Below are positions 31,333 to 41,803 of a stretch of 64,000 bases of DNA, in pieces. Source of the DNA: a virus. The position numbers were made by a program, and so were the translations under genes. The stretch lies in the IMG/VR virus record IMGVR_UViG_3300022225_001767; one strand, written 5' to 3'. Within the stretch, counting starts at the first letter, position 1. Each line of letters starts with the position of its first letter. The notes under the pieces were generated by a model. That model was given only the letters and a program-made list of their open reading frames with translations, made no database searches and was not told where the DNA came from.

Positions 31333-31554
31333 ATGCCGTCAATATGCAAATACTGTAATCAACCCGTTATCCTTTCACCTTCAGCGTCAGAACGCGCAAA
31401 GAAGAGTGATAAGCCGGCATCGTATTACACTGCGCTTTTTCCCAATCACTCTGAATGTGAAGTGGCTGCGAGAAGTGCAGGCTCTGTTGCGCTAATGCGC
31501 AGTATCAAAAAGCAGCGTGCTGCCGAGCGCGTCACTTATCCACTTGGGCAGTAA
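31333..31554 (+). CDS. small CxxC-containing hypothetical protein
   Basis: AGGAGG RBS after cassette; CKYC...HSEC. Confidence 0.7.
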   Translation: MPSICKYCNQPVILSPSASERAKKSDKPASYYTALFPNHSECEVAARSAGSVALMRSIKKQRAAERVTYPLGQ

Positions 31555-31579
31555 GCTGCCCTCACAAGGAATCTCAATC

Positions 31580-32200
31580 ATGAACGAAAAACGCTACTTT
31601 TACTTTGTCAGCACGCCTGATGCAGCCAAAGCGATATTGAGTAACTTTGATGCCAACATCGCCCCTAAGCGTGATGAAATTGTGAACTCGCTTTATATCG
31701 AAGCCGGTGGTGCCGTCGCGCATACTGAAGCGTCCAACTGGGGCAGGGCGTCTAGCATTCGCTATTTGGTCTACCCCGTCGCTCACCCAATTGTGTCTGC
31801 CTCGCACATTAAAGTCCATGACACCCGTGAGCATAACGGTGAGAAAGTGGCGATTGTCGGTGGCAAAGGCAATCATAAGCTTGGTAAGGCACTGAACGCC
31901 CTTGTTGCCAAAGCCAATGACGCACTGACCGAGTATCCGTACCTTAGCGACTGGTTTATTTCTTCTAATAACCTGATGCGAACCATGATTGGCGATCGCG
32001 TGCCTAACAGCAGCGCCAGTTCAATGATATCGACAAACTTCGGTATTGCCAAAGATGATAATGGCGAGGATGTTGCTGTGCTTCGCGTGCCCAAGTACAC
32101 CGAGCGCACGGGCGATGCCCCGCCTGTTGACGAGCCCGTTGATGTGCCGGAAGGTTTTAGTGAGATCACGTATGGTCAGTTTTTCGACCTCGTCAACTAA
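31580..32200 (+). CDS. hypothetical protein
   Basis: AAGGA RBS. Confidence 0.72.
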   Translation: MNEKRYFYFVSTPDAAKAILSNFDANIAPKRDEIVNSLYIEAGGAVAHTEASNWGRASSIRYLVYPVAHPIVSASHIKVHDTREHNGEKVAIVGGKGNHKLGKALNALVAKANDALTEYPYLSDWFISSNNLMRTMIGDRVPNSSASSMISTNFGIAKDDNGEDVAVLRVPKYTERTGDAPPVDEPVDVPEGFSEITYGQFFDLVN

Positions 32201-32331
32201 TCCTCACCGCACTCGTGCATCGAACAAACAAAGCCATCTTGATTGATGGCTTTGTTTTATTGCATACAAAAGCTTGACAACACTCACCGTTTTTGCGATA
32301 CTAAACCTGTCAACACAACCGAGGAAAAACG

Positions 32332-32838
32332 ATGGAACATCTCAAAACTATTTTTGGCTCAGTTCTACTTTTTGGCGCTATTGCTTATGGCGCATCAGCG
32401 TTCCCCGCTAAACAAGACAATACGTTTGGGCACGTTGAGTTAGGTCAGGCGACCAATGTCCCTAACGTCGTAGATGGCGTGCTGTATCAATCAACACCTG
32501 CCATTGCCTTTCCGACCACAACGGACAAGCGCCTTACGGCGTTCTTACCGACGGGCATTGAAGGCAAGGTCACAGCCGTCAAAGGACAGTCAGGGAAGTA
32601 TGTGCCGGTCAAGGTTGACTACAACTTATCGTATCGTTACGACGATATACAAAGCTGCCAAGATGCCATGCGTCTTATCCGCACGCGTTATGCGTCAATG
32701 GGGATTGCAAAGCAATCGCTTGAATTGGACGGTTGTACGCAAAGTCTTGATGGTAGAGCGTTCAAAAAACCCATCACCTTAACAGTATCACAGCGTATCC
32801 ACGACAGTCTTTTTGTCGACATCATCACGCGCACCTAG
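32332..32838 (+). CDS. exported hypothetical protein
   Basis: signal-peptide-like N-terminus ending ASA; after cassette. Confidence 0.72.
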   Translation: MEHLKTIFGSVLLFGAIAYGASAFPAKQDNTFGHVELGQATNVPNVVDGVLYQSTPAIAFPTTTDKRLTAFLPTGIEGKVTAVKGQSGKYVPVKVDYNLSYRYDDIQSCQDAMRLIRTRYASMGIAKQSLELDGCTQSLDGRAFKKPITLTVSQRIHDSLFVDIITRT

Positions 32839-33067
32839 CGTCACGAGGCAGGGCACACGCCCTGCCACTATCAACCAGTATCAAAGAGCGATTTTTTGTT
32901 ATGAATAACGTTGAACGTGAGCGCCGTGAGCGCAACTTTCTTGCTGAATGCGGCTTTGATTTAGACAACGGTTACTTTAGTGAAGATGTTGATTTTTGGC
33001 GACGCCAAGAACCCTCACTGTACGAATACCATATAAAAAACCCCCTTGCTTAGCACGACTGAATTTT

Positions 33068-33325
33068 ATGAACAATCAAGTAGCAAAACTCATATCAGAA
33101 CTACTGTCATCCACGTTTAAGCGCACAGAGAAGTGCATTGATGGACACCACGGCAAGGCGCTGATTGATGCATTGAAGGCGCAAGGTGTTCGTTCTGTAC
33201 GTAACACTGCGGGAGAGCGACGTGACAATATCAATGCAACATTAAATGCCAGGTATGCGACGTTTACAATCACAGAGTCTACTTGTATGGGACCATTCAC
33301 TGCCATAGTGATGCAGAAACACTAA
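33068..33325 (+). CDS. hypothetical protein
   Basis: ORF, start uncertain. Confidence 0.55.
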   Translation: MNNQVAKLISELLSSTFKRTEKCIDGHHGKALIDALKAQGVRSVRNTAGERRDNINATLNARYATFTITESTCMGPFTAIVMQKH

Positions 33326-33466
33326 CTTAACGTGAGCTGCTCAGCGAGGGCAGAGAGTGGACAAAAATCGGCTTCCACTAGAAACGCCAATAGACTCTAG
33401 TTTTGTCAATACGGTGTCGCTACCTTTTTGACAAGATTACCCGTCAAGTTAACCAAGGACACATTC

Positions 33467-33766
33467 ATGAAAAAAGCAAAACCAAGTGGATTTTACGATC
33501 TAGAAAACCCAGAGCAGTTTAATGACTTTCAAAATAGCCTTACCCCATACGCCCAAGATGATGCTATGGGAGGCGTTTACGGGATTGAACTTGGAAAGAC
33601 AGCAGAAAGAATTGAATTAGATAACCTATATTCACTTTCTCAAATTCAAGAGTCGAAATTTGACTTGATTATTGTTGATTACGGTAATAGCGCAGGTGAT
33701 GCTTCTAAACTATTTATTAATATCAGCACTTTATCTGCTTTCTGGCTAGATGAAAGCCCGCTTTAA
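33467..33766 (+). CDS. hypothetical protein
   Basis: AAGGA RBS. Confidence 0.65.
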   Translation: MKKAKPSGFYDLENPEQFNDFQNSLTPYAQDDAMGGVYGIELGKTAERIELDNLYSLSQIQESKFDLIIVDYGNSAGDASKLFINISTLSAFWLDESPL

Positions 33767-33833
33767 ATAGTTGAGAGCCTCATTGAGACGCTTTTTCTTT
33801 TTTATCAACATAGGCGTACATCAAGGAAACAAC

Positions 33834-34262
33834 ATGAATACTGAAACGCAACGCATCATCAACGTAGGCAATTGGACACTTGTTATCAACCAGAATGAAG
33901 GACAGAGTGCAGAATCGCCACGCGAAGACGTCGTGTCGTGTATCGTGACTCACAACAGCTTCACACCGGTGGTAGACACCGATCAAGATATTGGCGCTGA
34001 AGATGAATTGGGCTATCGCCTCACCGCGAAAGCGATTGAGCGCAAGTATGATGTTGAGGGTGAAGCACGCCTTGACCAAATATGCGAGAACGTTTCCGCG
34101 TTTGGCCTTACTTTTTCTATTGTGATAGACAGTGATGAACACTTCAATTTATATGTGAAAGCGGTGTGTGAAAAACGAGACGTCAAGCATGTCAGCATCG
34201 ATGATGGCAATGACGCGGTGCCACCTTGTGAACTAATGATAGGTGTTGCTTGTTCTCGTTAG
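33834..34262 (+). CDS. hypothetical protein
   Basis: AAGGA RBS. Confidence 0.7.
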   Translation: MNTETQRIINVGNWTLVINQNEGQSAESPREDVVSCIVTHNSFTPVVDTDQDIGAEDELGYRLTAKAIERKYDVEGEARLDQICENVSAFGLTFSIVIDSDEHFNLYVKAVCEKRDVKHVSIDDGNDAVPPCELMIGVACSR

Positions 34263-34345
34263 CGTTTTAATACGCCATCGCCATTGACAACACACTCACC
34301 TTGTGAGATACTCTTTTCTGTCAACACAGCAAAGGAAAAACACGT

Positions 34346-35116
34346 ATGCATCCCATCTTATCATCACTGTCATTAACTGCGAATGAACGTGGCACAAAAG
34401 CTTTTGTGGCCGCATTTTCAGATACACCAGACGGTATGTCACTTTCAGCATCTGGCACAGTGACAGGCGCGTCTAGCCAAGCCCCAGACAAGCTTACTAT
34501 GATGGCAGCGCTTCTTTTTTCAGAGGTAGATAATGTGGGTGGCTTTTCGATTACCGTAGAGCAGTGGGCCCACGATAACACTTCTGATGATGAAACCACA
34601 CAGTTGCGTGTATGCGTTGCCGACGATTCAGGTGACAACACAGCGACATTTACGCTTGGTTTTCGCGACCCCAACAACGAGTTAAACGCATTAAGCCGCA
34701 TGGTGTCAGTCAGTTCGCTGGCAATGGTTGAGGCATGGTGTCAATACGTGGTGGATGCGGACATTATTTCACAGGATGTCTACCGCTCAACACTACTGCT
34801 TGGGCTTCAAATCCGTGGCCTATGGCGCAAAGATGATATGCCACTGGCTGAACTGGTGAACGAATGCAAAGATGCCGACCCCGTTTTGTTTCATGCCACT
34901 ACGGATGAATTGCGAGAGGCCGCTGTCCGTCGTATGCGCCATGTGCTTGTTACGGATGCGATGCCGAGCTTTGACGTTATGGAGCTTAAGCTTTACGTTG
35001 ACCGCTGTGAGCAAACGATTAATATGCGTGACATTAGTTCGCAAAAGAAGCCCTTTTTCCTGTCTGACCGTCGCCAGCACATTGGTAAAAAAGCGCGCCG
35101 TATGCATCGCGGCTAG
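34346..35116 (+). CDS. hypothetical protein
   Basis: ATG after cassette. Confidence 0.72.
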   Translation: MHPILSSLSLTANERGTKAFVAAFSDTPDGMSLSASGTVTGASSQAPDKLTMMAALLFSEVDNVGGFSITVEQWAHDNTSDDETTQLRVCVADDSGDNTATFTLGFRDPNNELNALSRMVSVSSLAMVEAWCQYVVDADIISQDVYRSTLLLGLQIRGLWRKDDMPLAELVNECKDADPVLFHATTDELREAAVRRMRHVLVTDAMPSFDVMELKLYVDRCEQTINMRDISSQKKPFFLSDRRQHIGKKARRMHRG

Positions 35117-35199
35117 TCGTGCGAGGGCGTTGTTTTCATTGACAACGCCCTCACACCATGAGATACTATTCCTGTCAACACAGCAAAAGGAATACCTCT

Positions 35200-35640
35200 A
35201 TGTCTACGACGAAAACAATGGCTTACGCGGATGCGTTAGCGATAAAAATTCTTGCAGCTAAAGCATTAGGTCAAGAGACCACCTGCCATGACATTGCAAC
35301 AAAACAATTGCAATGTGAGACGCTGCACCCTATGGATGGCGCTCGATTAGAACGCGAAGCCACGGCCATTCACAATGCGCTTGCGGCCAACGAAGCCAAG
35401 ATGAAAGAAGCCAACCTTGTTGCACAGCGCCTCGCCGTTGAATACGGTTTTGCTCAAGCTTCAACCTCATACTTAATCTCAGATATTGATTATGATGAGG
35501 GCCATGATGCATTACCCACCTCACTTACCATGACGCTGGATACGCCGTTGGACGGAGAAGCGCTTCAAGAACGTGCCTCCGACTTTATCTCAAACGAAAC
35601 CGGCTTTTGTCATAACGGCTTTAGCGTTTCACTGGCATAG
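35200..35640 (+). CDS. hypothetical protein
   Basis: ATG after cassette. Confidence 0.72.
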   Translation: MSTTKTMAYADALAIKILAAKALGQETTCHDIATKQLQCETLHPMDGARLEREATAIHNALAANEAKMKEANLVAQRLAVEYGFAQASTSYLISDIDYDEGHDALPTSLTMTLDTPLDGEALQERASDFISNETGFCHNGFSVSLA

Positions 35641-35652
35641 GAGGAGTACATT

Positions 35653-35889
35653 ATGTCACCTTTGAATGCATACCTTGACCACCTCAACAAACGTCAAGCT
35701 TTCTTTAATGCTAAACCTTACACCTTACCTGACGACGCGGTGCGTGTATTGCAAACGGTGGAGTGTGATCTCAGCCCTGAAAACCTTCATGCTGACGGTG
35801 AACGTTCACGCAGTGATGTCAAAGCACGACGCGACTTTTTAGAGCGGGTTAAGCAAGAGATTGACGACATGCTTCAAACGACAGCCTGA
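35653..35889 (+). CDS. phage-type hypothetical protein
   Basis: AGGAGG RBS; LSPENLHADGE segment. Confidence 0.72.
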   Translation: MSPLNAYLDHLNKRQAFFNAKPYTLPDDAVRVLQTVECDLSPENLHADGERSRSDVKARRDFLERVKQEIDDMLQTTA

Positions 35890-35990
35890 TTCGAGATTGT
35901 CGAACACATCAACACAAAAATGTGATACCTTCTTTATATCATTTTTATGCCACTGCTGACGGTGGCATTTTCATTTACTGAGGAATAAAT

Positions 35991-36611
35991 ATGGTTAAAC
36001 TACGCACTGACAACATTAACCCAAAACATCTTGCGCACATTGTGTGTGTTGACGCTATGCATTTTGTAAACCGCAGCGAAGATGGTTTTTGCGACTTCAC
36101 GCTAGAACCAGGCGATATCATCATTGCACGCCGCCACGAGCTTGAAAGAGATTATCGCTTCCGTCAAGTTATGCCTATGCTGGTGTTTACGCACAAGGGC
36201 AAAATCTGGGCATATCGCCGCACTGAAAAAGGCGGTGAAAAGGGGCTTCATAACAAGGTTGCTGTGGTGGTGGGCGGTCATTTTGACCTTGGCGACCTAG
36301 TGTATGATAAAAGTGTCATTGATCTTGAAAAGTCACTTGAGAACGCTACTGCGCGTGAAATTGACGAAGAGGTCTTATTGAATGGGGCCAACGTGGTGAG
36401 TCAAACCAAGTTGGACAAAGTGATCACTGCTGATGAGACCGGTGTTGATGCGAAACACGTTGCCTTGGTTACGATGATAGAGCTTGATGCCATGACGGTA
36501 GAAAGCAAAGAAGACGAGCTTGAGTCTCTCGGCTTCTTTTCGCCTGATGAACTGCTCAATGGCGACTATGCCCTCGAAACGTGGGCGACCATGATTTGCA
36601 AAATGATGTAA
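35991..36611 (+). CDS. NUDIX-superfamily hydrolase-like protein
   Basis: YRRTEKGGE...GGH and AREIDEEV NUDIX-box-like segment. Confidence 0.8.
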   Translation: MVKLRTDNINPKHLAHIVCVDAMHFVNRSEDGFCDFTLEPGDIIIARRHELERDYRFRQVMPMLVFTHKGKIWAYRRTEKGGEKGLHNKVAVVVGGHFDLGDLVYDKSVIDLEKSLENATAREIDEEVLLNGANVVSQTKLDKVITADETGVDAKHVALVTMIELDAMTVESKEDELESLGFFSPDELLNGDYALETWATMICKMM

Positions 36612-36761
36612 GATAAAAAACGCATCGCTAAAGTAACGCGGCATAGGTCGCGTTACTATTCTTGATTATTTACAATAATAAAAACCACCTTCACCTCGCC
36701 GCACTTGACAAAATTCACACGCTTTGAGACACTTATACAGTCAACACAACGGAGAGAACAC

Positions 36762-37067
36762 ATGCCACTAACGCCAGCACAAAAACGCGCAACCGATCCA
36801 GTTCGTTCAGCATGGAAAGCAATGCCTAACCACAAACTTATTCCTGCGCTGGAGTCTCGACTTGGAAAAGACGTTACCGTGCGCGTGTGTAACAGCACCA
36901 ATCGCCATATCAAGGTTATCGGACCTGCACGAACCGTTGAGCTTTACGCAACCACGGGACTGGTTAACTGCGCGCCACACAATAATCTGAAACCGTGCAA
37001 GTTTACTAATATGATGCCCTCACGTGCCATTGAACGTGTAGCGACACTTGCCACGCAAGGCTGGTGA
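36762..37067 (+). CDS. hypothetical protein
   Basis: ATG after cassette. Confidence 0.7.
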   Translation: MPLTPAQKRATDPVRSAWKAMPNHKLIPALESRLGKDVTVRVCNSTNRHIKVIGPARTVELYATTGLVNCAPHNNLKPCKFTNMMPSRAIERVATLATQGW

Positions 37068-37138
37068 TAACGTTTTGGCAACATTAACGCTGATGCACGC
37101 ATCCAATGTGATGCACAACACTGACAACGAGGACTTAC

Positions 37139-37714
37139 ATGGATAGACTATCATTATCTATTAATGGCAAAACCATCAATGCCACGCTAATTAAATGGCA
37201 ACACTTACGCTTCTATATTCAAGACGATGTTAACCTTAATGAGTTTGAAATCTACGCTCGCCGTGCGTCATCTGACGTGCCTAGCACCATGCATGTGACG
37301 ACAAACACACTGCGCGAGCTTAATGCACTTGGCTTTGTTCCCGTTTACTTTGATATAGAAACGACAGAGCAACGTGGCACACAGCTATCCCTTGCGCTGG
37401 TGCATCAAGATGATTACTCATCTGCCCTTAGCGTCATCGATCGCACTTACGAACCTGACGGCCTCAGCAAATTTCACGCTCAGTTATCGGACATTGACGA
37501 TTCGCTCGTTTTTAATGATGAGGTAAGCGAGTATATAGTCTGTATCACTAACGACAACTGTGACAAGGAATGGTTGCGCGTCGCCACACGTCTTTCTCTG
37601 TATGCAATGGAATACGATGCGGTGGTGAAAGCGCTAGGATACACTATCGACATTAATCCTGATAAAGAAGAGGTGAGCTTTACATCATTACCTCAATCAA
37701 AGCACTTGATTTAG
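37139..37714 (+). CDS. hypothetical protein
   Basis: GAGG RBS. Confidence 0.7.
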   Translation: MDRLSLSINGKTINATLIKWQHLRFYIQDDVNLNEFEIYARRASSDVPSTMHVTTNTLRELNALGFVPVYFDIETTEQRGTQLSLALVHQDDYSSALSVIDRTYEPDGLSKFHAQLSDIDDSLVFNDEVSEYIVCITNDNCDKEWLRVATRLSLYAMEYDAVVKALGYTIDINPDKEEVSFTSLPQSKHLI

Positions 37715-37763
37715 GTCATTGCTAAAGGTGTCGTTTATTAGTCACTTTGAGTTTCAGCATAAG

Positions 37764-37793
37764 AAAAGGCAGTTCGAAAGAACCGCCTTTTTT
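37764..37793. terminator. bidirectional intrinsic terminator
   Basis: AAAAGGCaGTTC-gaaa-GAACcGCCTTTTTT between convergent genes. Confidence 0.7.
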
Positions 37794-37819
37794 GTATGTT
37801 AAGTGAGTTCTGTGGCGTG

Positions 37820-38167
37820 CTATTCGCTTCCTTCCAGCCTTGCGATTTTACGCTCTACTTGAGCTGGAGAGTTTTTGCCAGACGTACGAATACCTTTTTC
37901 TTCAAACACAATGTTTCTCACCTTGTTCATGTTTGACGTTTCACCACGTCCAATGTTCATCTCAACATGGACTCGCTCAACCTCTTGGTATACGCGCAGG
38001 TCTTGATAGGCTTCAAGCAGGCTCGTTTTCAGCTTACGCCTATTCCATATCGCATTGGTTGTGATTAATAGCCCCACCAGCGCGACAAGTGAACCAAAAA
38101 TGGTTGCCGTTGCTTGTATGAGCGATGACAGGATGCGTGGCTCTTGGAGTAGTTGTTCAATGTTCAT
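37820..38167 (-). CDS. hypothetical protein with N-terminal TM segment
   Basis: GAGG RBS after minus-strand cassette 38180-38226. Confidence 0.72.
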   Translation of the reverse strand: MNIEQLLQEPRILSSLIQATATIFGSLVALVGLLITTNAIWNRRKLKTSLLEAYQDLRVYQEVERVHVEMNIGRGETSNMNKVRNIVFEEKGIRTSGKNSPAQVERKIARLEGSE

Positions 38168-38305
38168 GGCTGTTACCTCGTTGTGTTGACGTAGTCAATT
38201 TTACTAAAATTAACATCATAAGTCAACTTTTTTGAGGTTTTTGGTGTGAGCTATGAGGGTAAAACTCGCCCCAGAAAAAACGGGGCGAGGTATGAAATTG
38301 AGATG

Positions 38306-39067
38306 TTAGCGCGCGGCGCTCTTACGTCTTTTTAGACCGGCTAAAGACAACAACCCCAATCCCGCCATGACAGCGCCTGGCGCGCTTACATTGGCTAACC
38401 GGGCATTAGCATTATTCTCCACCAGGGACATATCTTCTTGCGTGGTCAATGTGGCGCCACCGTCAGCAACCAGGTAAACGCCCCGACTTGCTGCTGTTGC
38501 GTCTAACGTATATGACTCATGCGTGTAATCAATATAGGAATACGAATAATACCGCGTTCGCTGCGTTGTCATCGGATCTTTGAACCAACGTACACCCGCC
38601 ATATTCACATTGCCTTCATTAACATACATGCCGTAGGAGTAATAGTCATGTTCTACATTCCATGACGAACCCGATATGCGCTTGTACGTCCACCCGAACT
38701 GAGCACTAAAATCGTCAACAATTTCTTGTACTGCTGGTGAGCTTTCGCGGTTGTTGTAATAATAGCGAGATTGACTGGTGTCATATCCCGTTAAATCAGT
38801 CACAATATCCTGTACTTCAAGTGCCGTTGCAAAACGCCACCCGTCAAACAAACCGCCCTCGCCGAGCTCTGCACTCACCTGGTTAATTGACATCCCTTTT
38901 GTCTGGTCAAGCTTTAACCACTCTATCCCGGTGTCATAGTCAAGAAAAGCAAGCCCGTCACCTTCTGCCTTCCAGTCTAGCGGAATATAGTTTGCAGCGT
39001 TTGCACCACTTACCATTGCAATGGTTATTGCAAAAGCAGCAACACCTTTTTTGAAAAAATTTTTCAT
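38306..39067 (-). CDS. PEP-CTERM-like sorting-domain surface protein
   Basis: Signal peptide ending ANA; C-terminal NVSAP, TM segment, KRRK. Confidence 0.78.
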   Translation of the reverse strand: MKNFFKKGVAAFAITIAMVSGANAANYIPLDWKAEGDGLAFLDYDTGIEWLKLDQTKGMSINQVSAELGEGGLFDGWRFATALEVQDIVTDLTGYDTSQSRYYYNNRESSPAVQEIVDDFSAQFGWTYKRISGSSWNVEHDYYSYGMYVNEGNVNMAGVRWFKDPMTTQRTRYYSYSYIDYTHESYTLDATAASRGVYLVADGGATLTTQEDMSLVENNANARLANVSAPGAVMAGLGLLSLAGLKRRKSAAR

Positions 39068-39326
39068 ACTTCTTCCCCACTTTACATTTGTATGTTTATC
39101 CTTAAATCGCCCCACTCCATGCAATGCTTATGCCGCCTTTTTCACGCATTTAAAAGCGCACCCGCAGTCGTTCAGCGCCTTGTATATTCACACATTTACA
39201 CTCCTTATGGATATACACCCACCAGTGTAAAACAACCTGACACTTGCAGCACCATAAAACAAACCATTGACACCCCACACAGACTGTGAGATACTAACAT
39301 TGTCAACACAACAAGAGAACTTCGCT

Positions 39327-39635
39327 ATGAGCAAAACCAGACTTCAGAACATCTACACCACACGCCTTATCAGCAGCAACACAGATGGAAAGCGCGATGA
39401 TGGCACCGTGGTTAAAATCAATTACCAGGTCGACCTGGTGACGGCTTTTGACAACTCACCAGGAGCGGATGACTATGATCCTGAAATTCCTATGCGAAGT
39501 GGGACCAAAATTAGAATCACATACCGCACACCTGAGTCTTTCCGAAACAAAGTGTTCTTTGCACTGAGAGAGCAAGCTGAACACGTCATCTCAGAGCTTC
39601 AAAACCCTAACAGTGATCTTTACGCCGCTGAGTAA
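39327..39635 (+). CDS. hypothetical protein
   Basis: ATG after cassette. Confidence 0.7.
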   Translation: MSKTRLQNIYTTRLISSNTDGKRDDGTVVKINYQVDLVTAFDNSPGADDYDPEIPMRSGTKIRITYRTPESFRNKVFFALREQAEHVISELQNPNSDLYAAE

Positions 39636-39719
39636 AAGCGCCATTAAGTGCGTTATCATTGACAACGCACTCACATTGTGAGATGATACACGGGTCAACA
39701 CAACAAAGAAGGTAATTCC

Positions 39720-40124
39720 ATGAATAGACGTAATGTCATTGCACGTATCGACTGCCTAACATCAGACAGCTGCCCGCTAACCAAAGGCTTGCCTACCTAT
39801 ATCGAGGTAGAGGTCGCATTTAATGATGGCAGCGTTCCGCGTGCCCGTGGCGGTAAGCCACCCAAGCGTTATGAAGCCAATGCGCAGCTTAAGTCACGCG
39901 ACGGCAGCTTTGTTAAAGCCTATGGCGGTAAAGGTGTCACTATGGGATTAAAGGAAGCGGCACGCTTTAGTGTTAAAACGCTTGAGTCCTTATCTCTGCC
40001 TAGCGCTGATGTTGAGAAGCTCGTTGCGCGCGTGTGTGAAATGAGTGGGCTCACACTCAGTGAAAAAGGCGAGGCTCAGATGGCTTATCTTAAAGACACT
40101 GAGGCTGCCAAAGAGACAGCCTAA
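39720..40124 (+). CDS. hypothetical protein
   Basis: ATG after cassette. Confidence 0.7.
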   Translation: MNRRNVIARIDCLTSDSCPLTKGLPTYIEVEVAFNDGSVPRARGGKPPKRYEANAQLKSRDGSFVKAYGGKGVTMGLKEAARFSVKTLESLSLPSADVEKLVARVCEMSGLTLSEKGEAQMAYLKDTEAAKETA

Positions 40125-40143
40125 CGCTACATTGTTGGCGTAA

Positions 40144-40302
40144 CTATACGTTACGCCGCCCTGCATACCCAACAGCCAAACCTAGCGCTGAAAGTGCGAC
40201 AGGGGCTACTGTTTGTAGTTCGGGTAAAAATAAAGCGATAAGTGATATTCCCAGCGCCACGGCACCACCGAACACGACGCCATATATTCCGTTAGTCATC
40301 AT
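40144..40302 (-). CDS. 52-aa two-TM membrane protein (below ORF-track cutoff)
   Basis: AAGGAGG RBS; MMTNGIYGVVFGGAVALGISLIALFLPELQTVAPVALSALGLAVGYAGRRNV. Confidence 0.65.
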   Translation of the reverse strand: MMTNGIYGVVFGGAVALGISLIALFLPELQTVAPVALSALGLAVGYAGRRNV

Positions 40303-40428
40303 CCAACCTCCTTGTGAACATGATGTTAATAATAGCAGATTATTTTATTTGTGATAGCCTTTTTATTTGACAACGCTCTCAGTTTTTGAGATACTAACCT
40401 TGTCAACACAGCAGCAGGATAAAACACC

Positions 40429-40818
40429 ATGAGCACTACCGTTCAAGCGTCAACCATTACCCCAGAGCAGGTTGCTTTCTTCATTGAACGCGCCAGTCAG
40501 GTTCGCACCTCTTTAACGCTATCAGCACGAGACGATGGCAAAAAGAACACTATCCGACTAAAACCCTTCCAGGATTTCACGGATGAAGGGGATGACAACG
40601 GAGAAGGTATCGATATTCTTGTCAATGGCAAAGAGGGTTTTGGACGCTTGCATTTAGTTGAAGATCCTGAGAACCCTAATGACGACATGCTGTCTGGCTC
40701 ATGCCTTGGCTTTGATCTTGTCGTGTCATGGAGAAAAGCCGATGAAGTGTGTGGCGCACTTGCCAATACGCTTGTCTCGACGCTTGACGGTGAATGGGCA
40801 TTTAAAGGCTGCAACTGA
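40429..40818 (+). CDS. hypothetical acidic protein
   Basis: ATG after cassette. Confidence 0.72.
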   Translation: MSTTVQASTITPEQVAFFIERASQVRTSLTLSARDDGKKNTIRLKPFQDFTDEGDDNGEGIDILVNGKEGFGRLHLVEDPENPNDDMLSGSCLGFDLVVSWRKADEVCGALANTLVSTLDGEWAFKGCN

Positions 40819-40867
40819 GCCTTTTTATCTCCTAGCACCACGACTATTAACTAGAGGACATATCGGC

Positions 40868-41233
40868 ATGAATGAGCTTCGCATCCCACAGTGGTACCTT
40901 GCATTAGCAAGCACGCTACACCTTAACATCGTTTTCCCTATCGCGATGGTTCTTGGTAGCGTGGTAGCCGGTCTCACGCTCACAGAGGCAATGAGTGGCT
41001 TCTTAGCAGGCACATTGGCTTTTACCTTCTTGATGCTTGCCTACACGCTCAACAAAGGGTATGGGCGTGGCAACATCATCACACGCGCTTTATTTACGTT
41101 GTGTGTGTTCTTGGAGGTGCCAGAGCACAACGACAATAACGCGGGTCTTGCCTACTTCTTTATTTTTATTGCAACAGGGCTTGTTTTATTGCTCATCCAG
41201 CTCTCGTTGCTTGGTGCGCGCCTCATAGCATAG
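40868..41233 (+). CDS. membrane protein
   Basis: GAGGA RBS; 3-4 hydrophobic segments. Confidence 0.68.
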   Translation: MNELRIPQWYLALASTLHLNIVFPIAMVLGSVVAGLTLTEAMSGFLAGTLAFTFLMLAYTLNKGYGRGNIITRALFTLCVFLEVPEHNDNNAGLAYFFIFIATGLVLLLIQLSLLGARLIA

Positions 41234-41311
41234 CGCCACGCAACTCATTACACTCTATTTCCAACTAGCCTGCGGGCGTATCCGCAGGCGAATACACCAA
41301 GCGAGGTTTTT

Positions 41312-41560
41312 ATGGCAGCAACGGTTCTCTTTGTTTCACCCGAAGATGCTGAGGTGCTACGCAAGTACATGACGCCGGGAGACAGCAATCAAGGCATCGC
41401 GCTTATTTTTAGCAAAGAGGCGCAGACCGCGCTTGAGGATGCAGGCATAGAAGATGGCGAAACGGTCGATTATGACTTTGGCGGGGACGCAGACGCTTAC
41501 GTTGAAACCGTCAACACCGTCACGCATCACTTTGTGCTTTCGCAAAAAGACAACGCGTAA
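41312..41560 (+). CDS. small acidic protein
   Basis: GAGG RBS. Confidence 0.7.
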   Translation: MAATVLFVSPEDAEVLRKYMTPGDSNQGIALIFSKEAQTALEDAGIEDGETVDYDFGGDADAYVETVNTVTHHFVLSQKDNA

Positions 41561-41580
41561 GCGGCACTCAGCGCTCTAAC

Positions 41581-41606
41581 AAAAAGACCCTAAAGGGTCT
41601 TTTTTT
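41581..41606 (+). terminator. intrinsic terminator upstream of unit G
   Basis: AAAAAGACCC-taaa-GGGTCTTTTTTT. Confidence 0.78.
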
Positions 41607-41641
41607 GTTGACTCTAGTTTGTTCGTTTGATATATTTAAGT

Positions 41642-41803
41642 TGCTCCGATGGAGTGTAGGCCATACGACCTACGCCGCCCCTTTGGCCAAAATCGTAAGC
41701 AACATCTTTACCTATTCACCTGTGGTACGTTACATACAACGACATAACACCTTGGGTGCGATTGGGAACGGGGCACAAGCGCACCATTAATGAGGAATAC
41801 CTT
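41642..41803 (+). ncRNA. Pseudoknotted leader RNA, unit G
   Basis: GCCCC 41677-41681 pairs GGGGC 41770-41774 in loop GGAACGGGGCA of stem GGTGCG/CGCACC; TTGACT at 41608. Confidence 0.72.
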
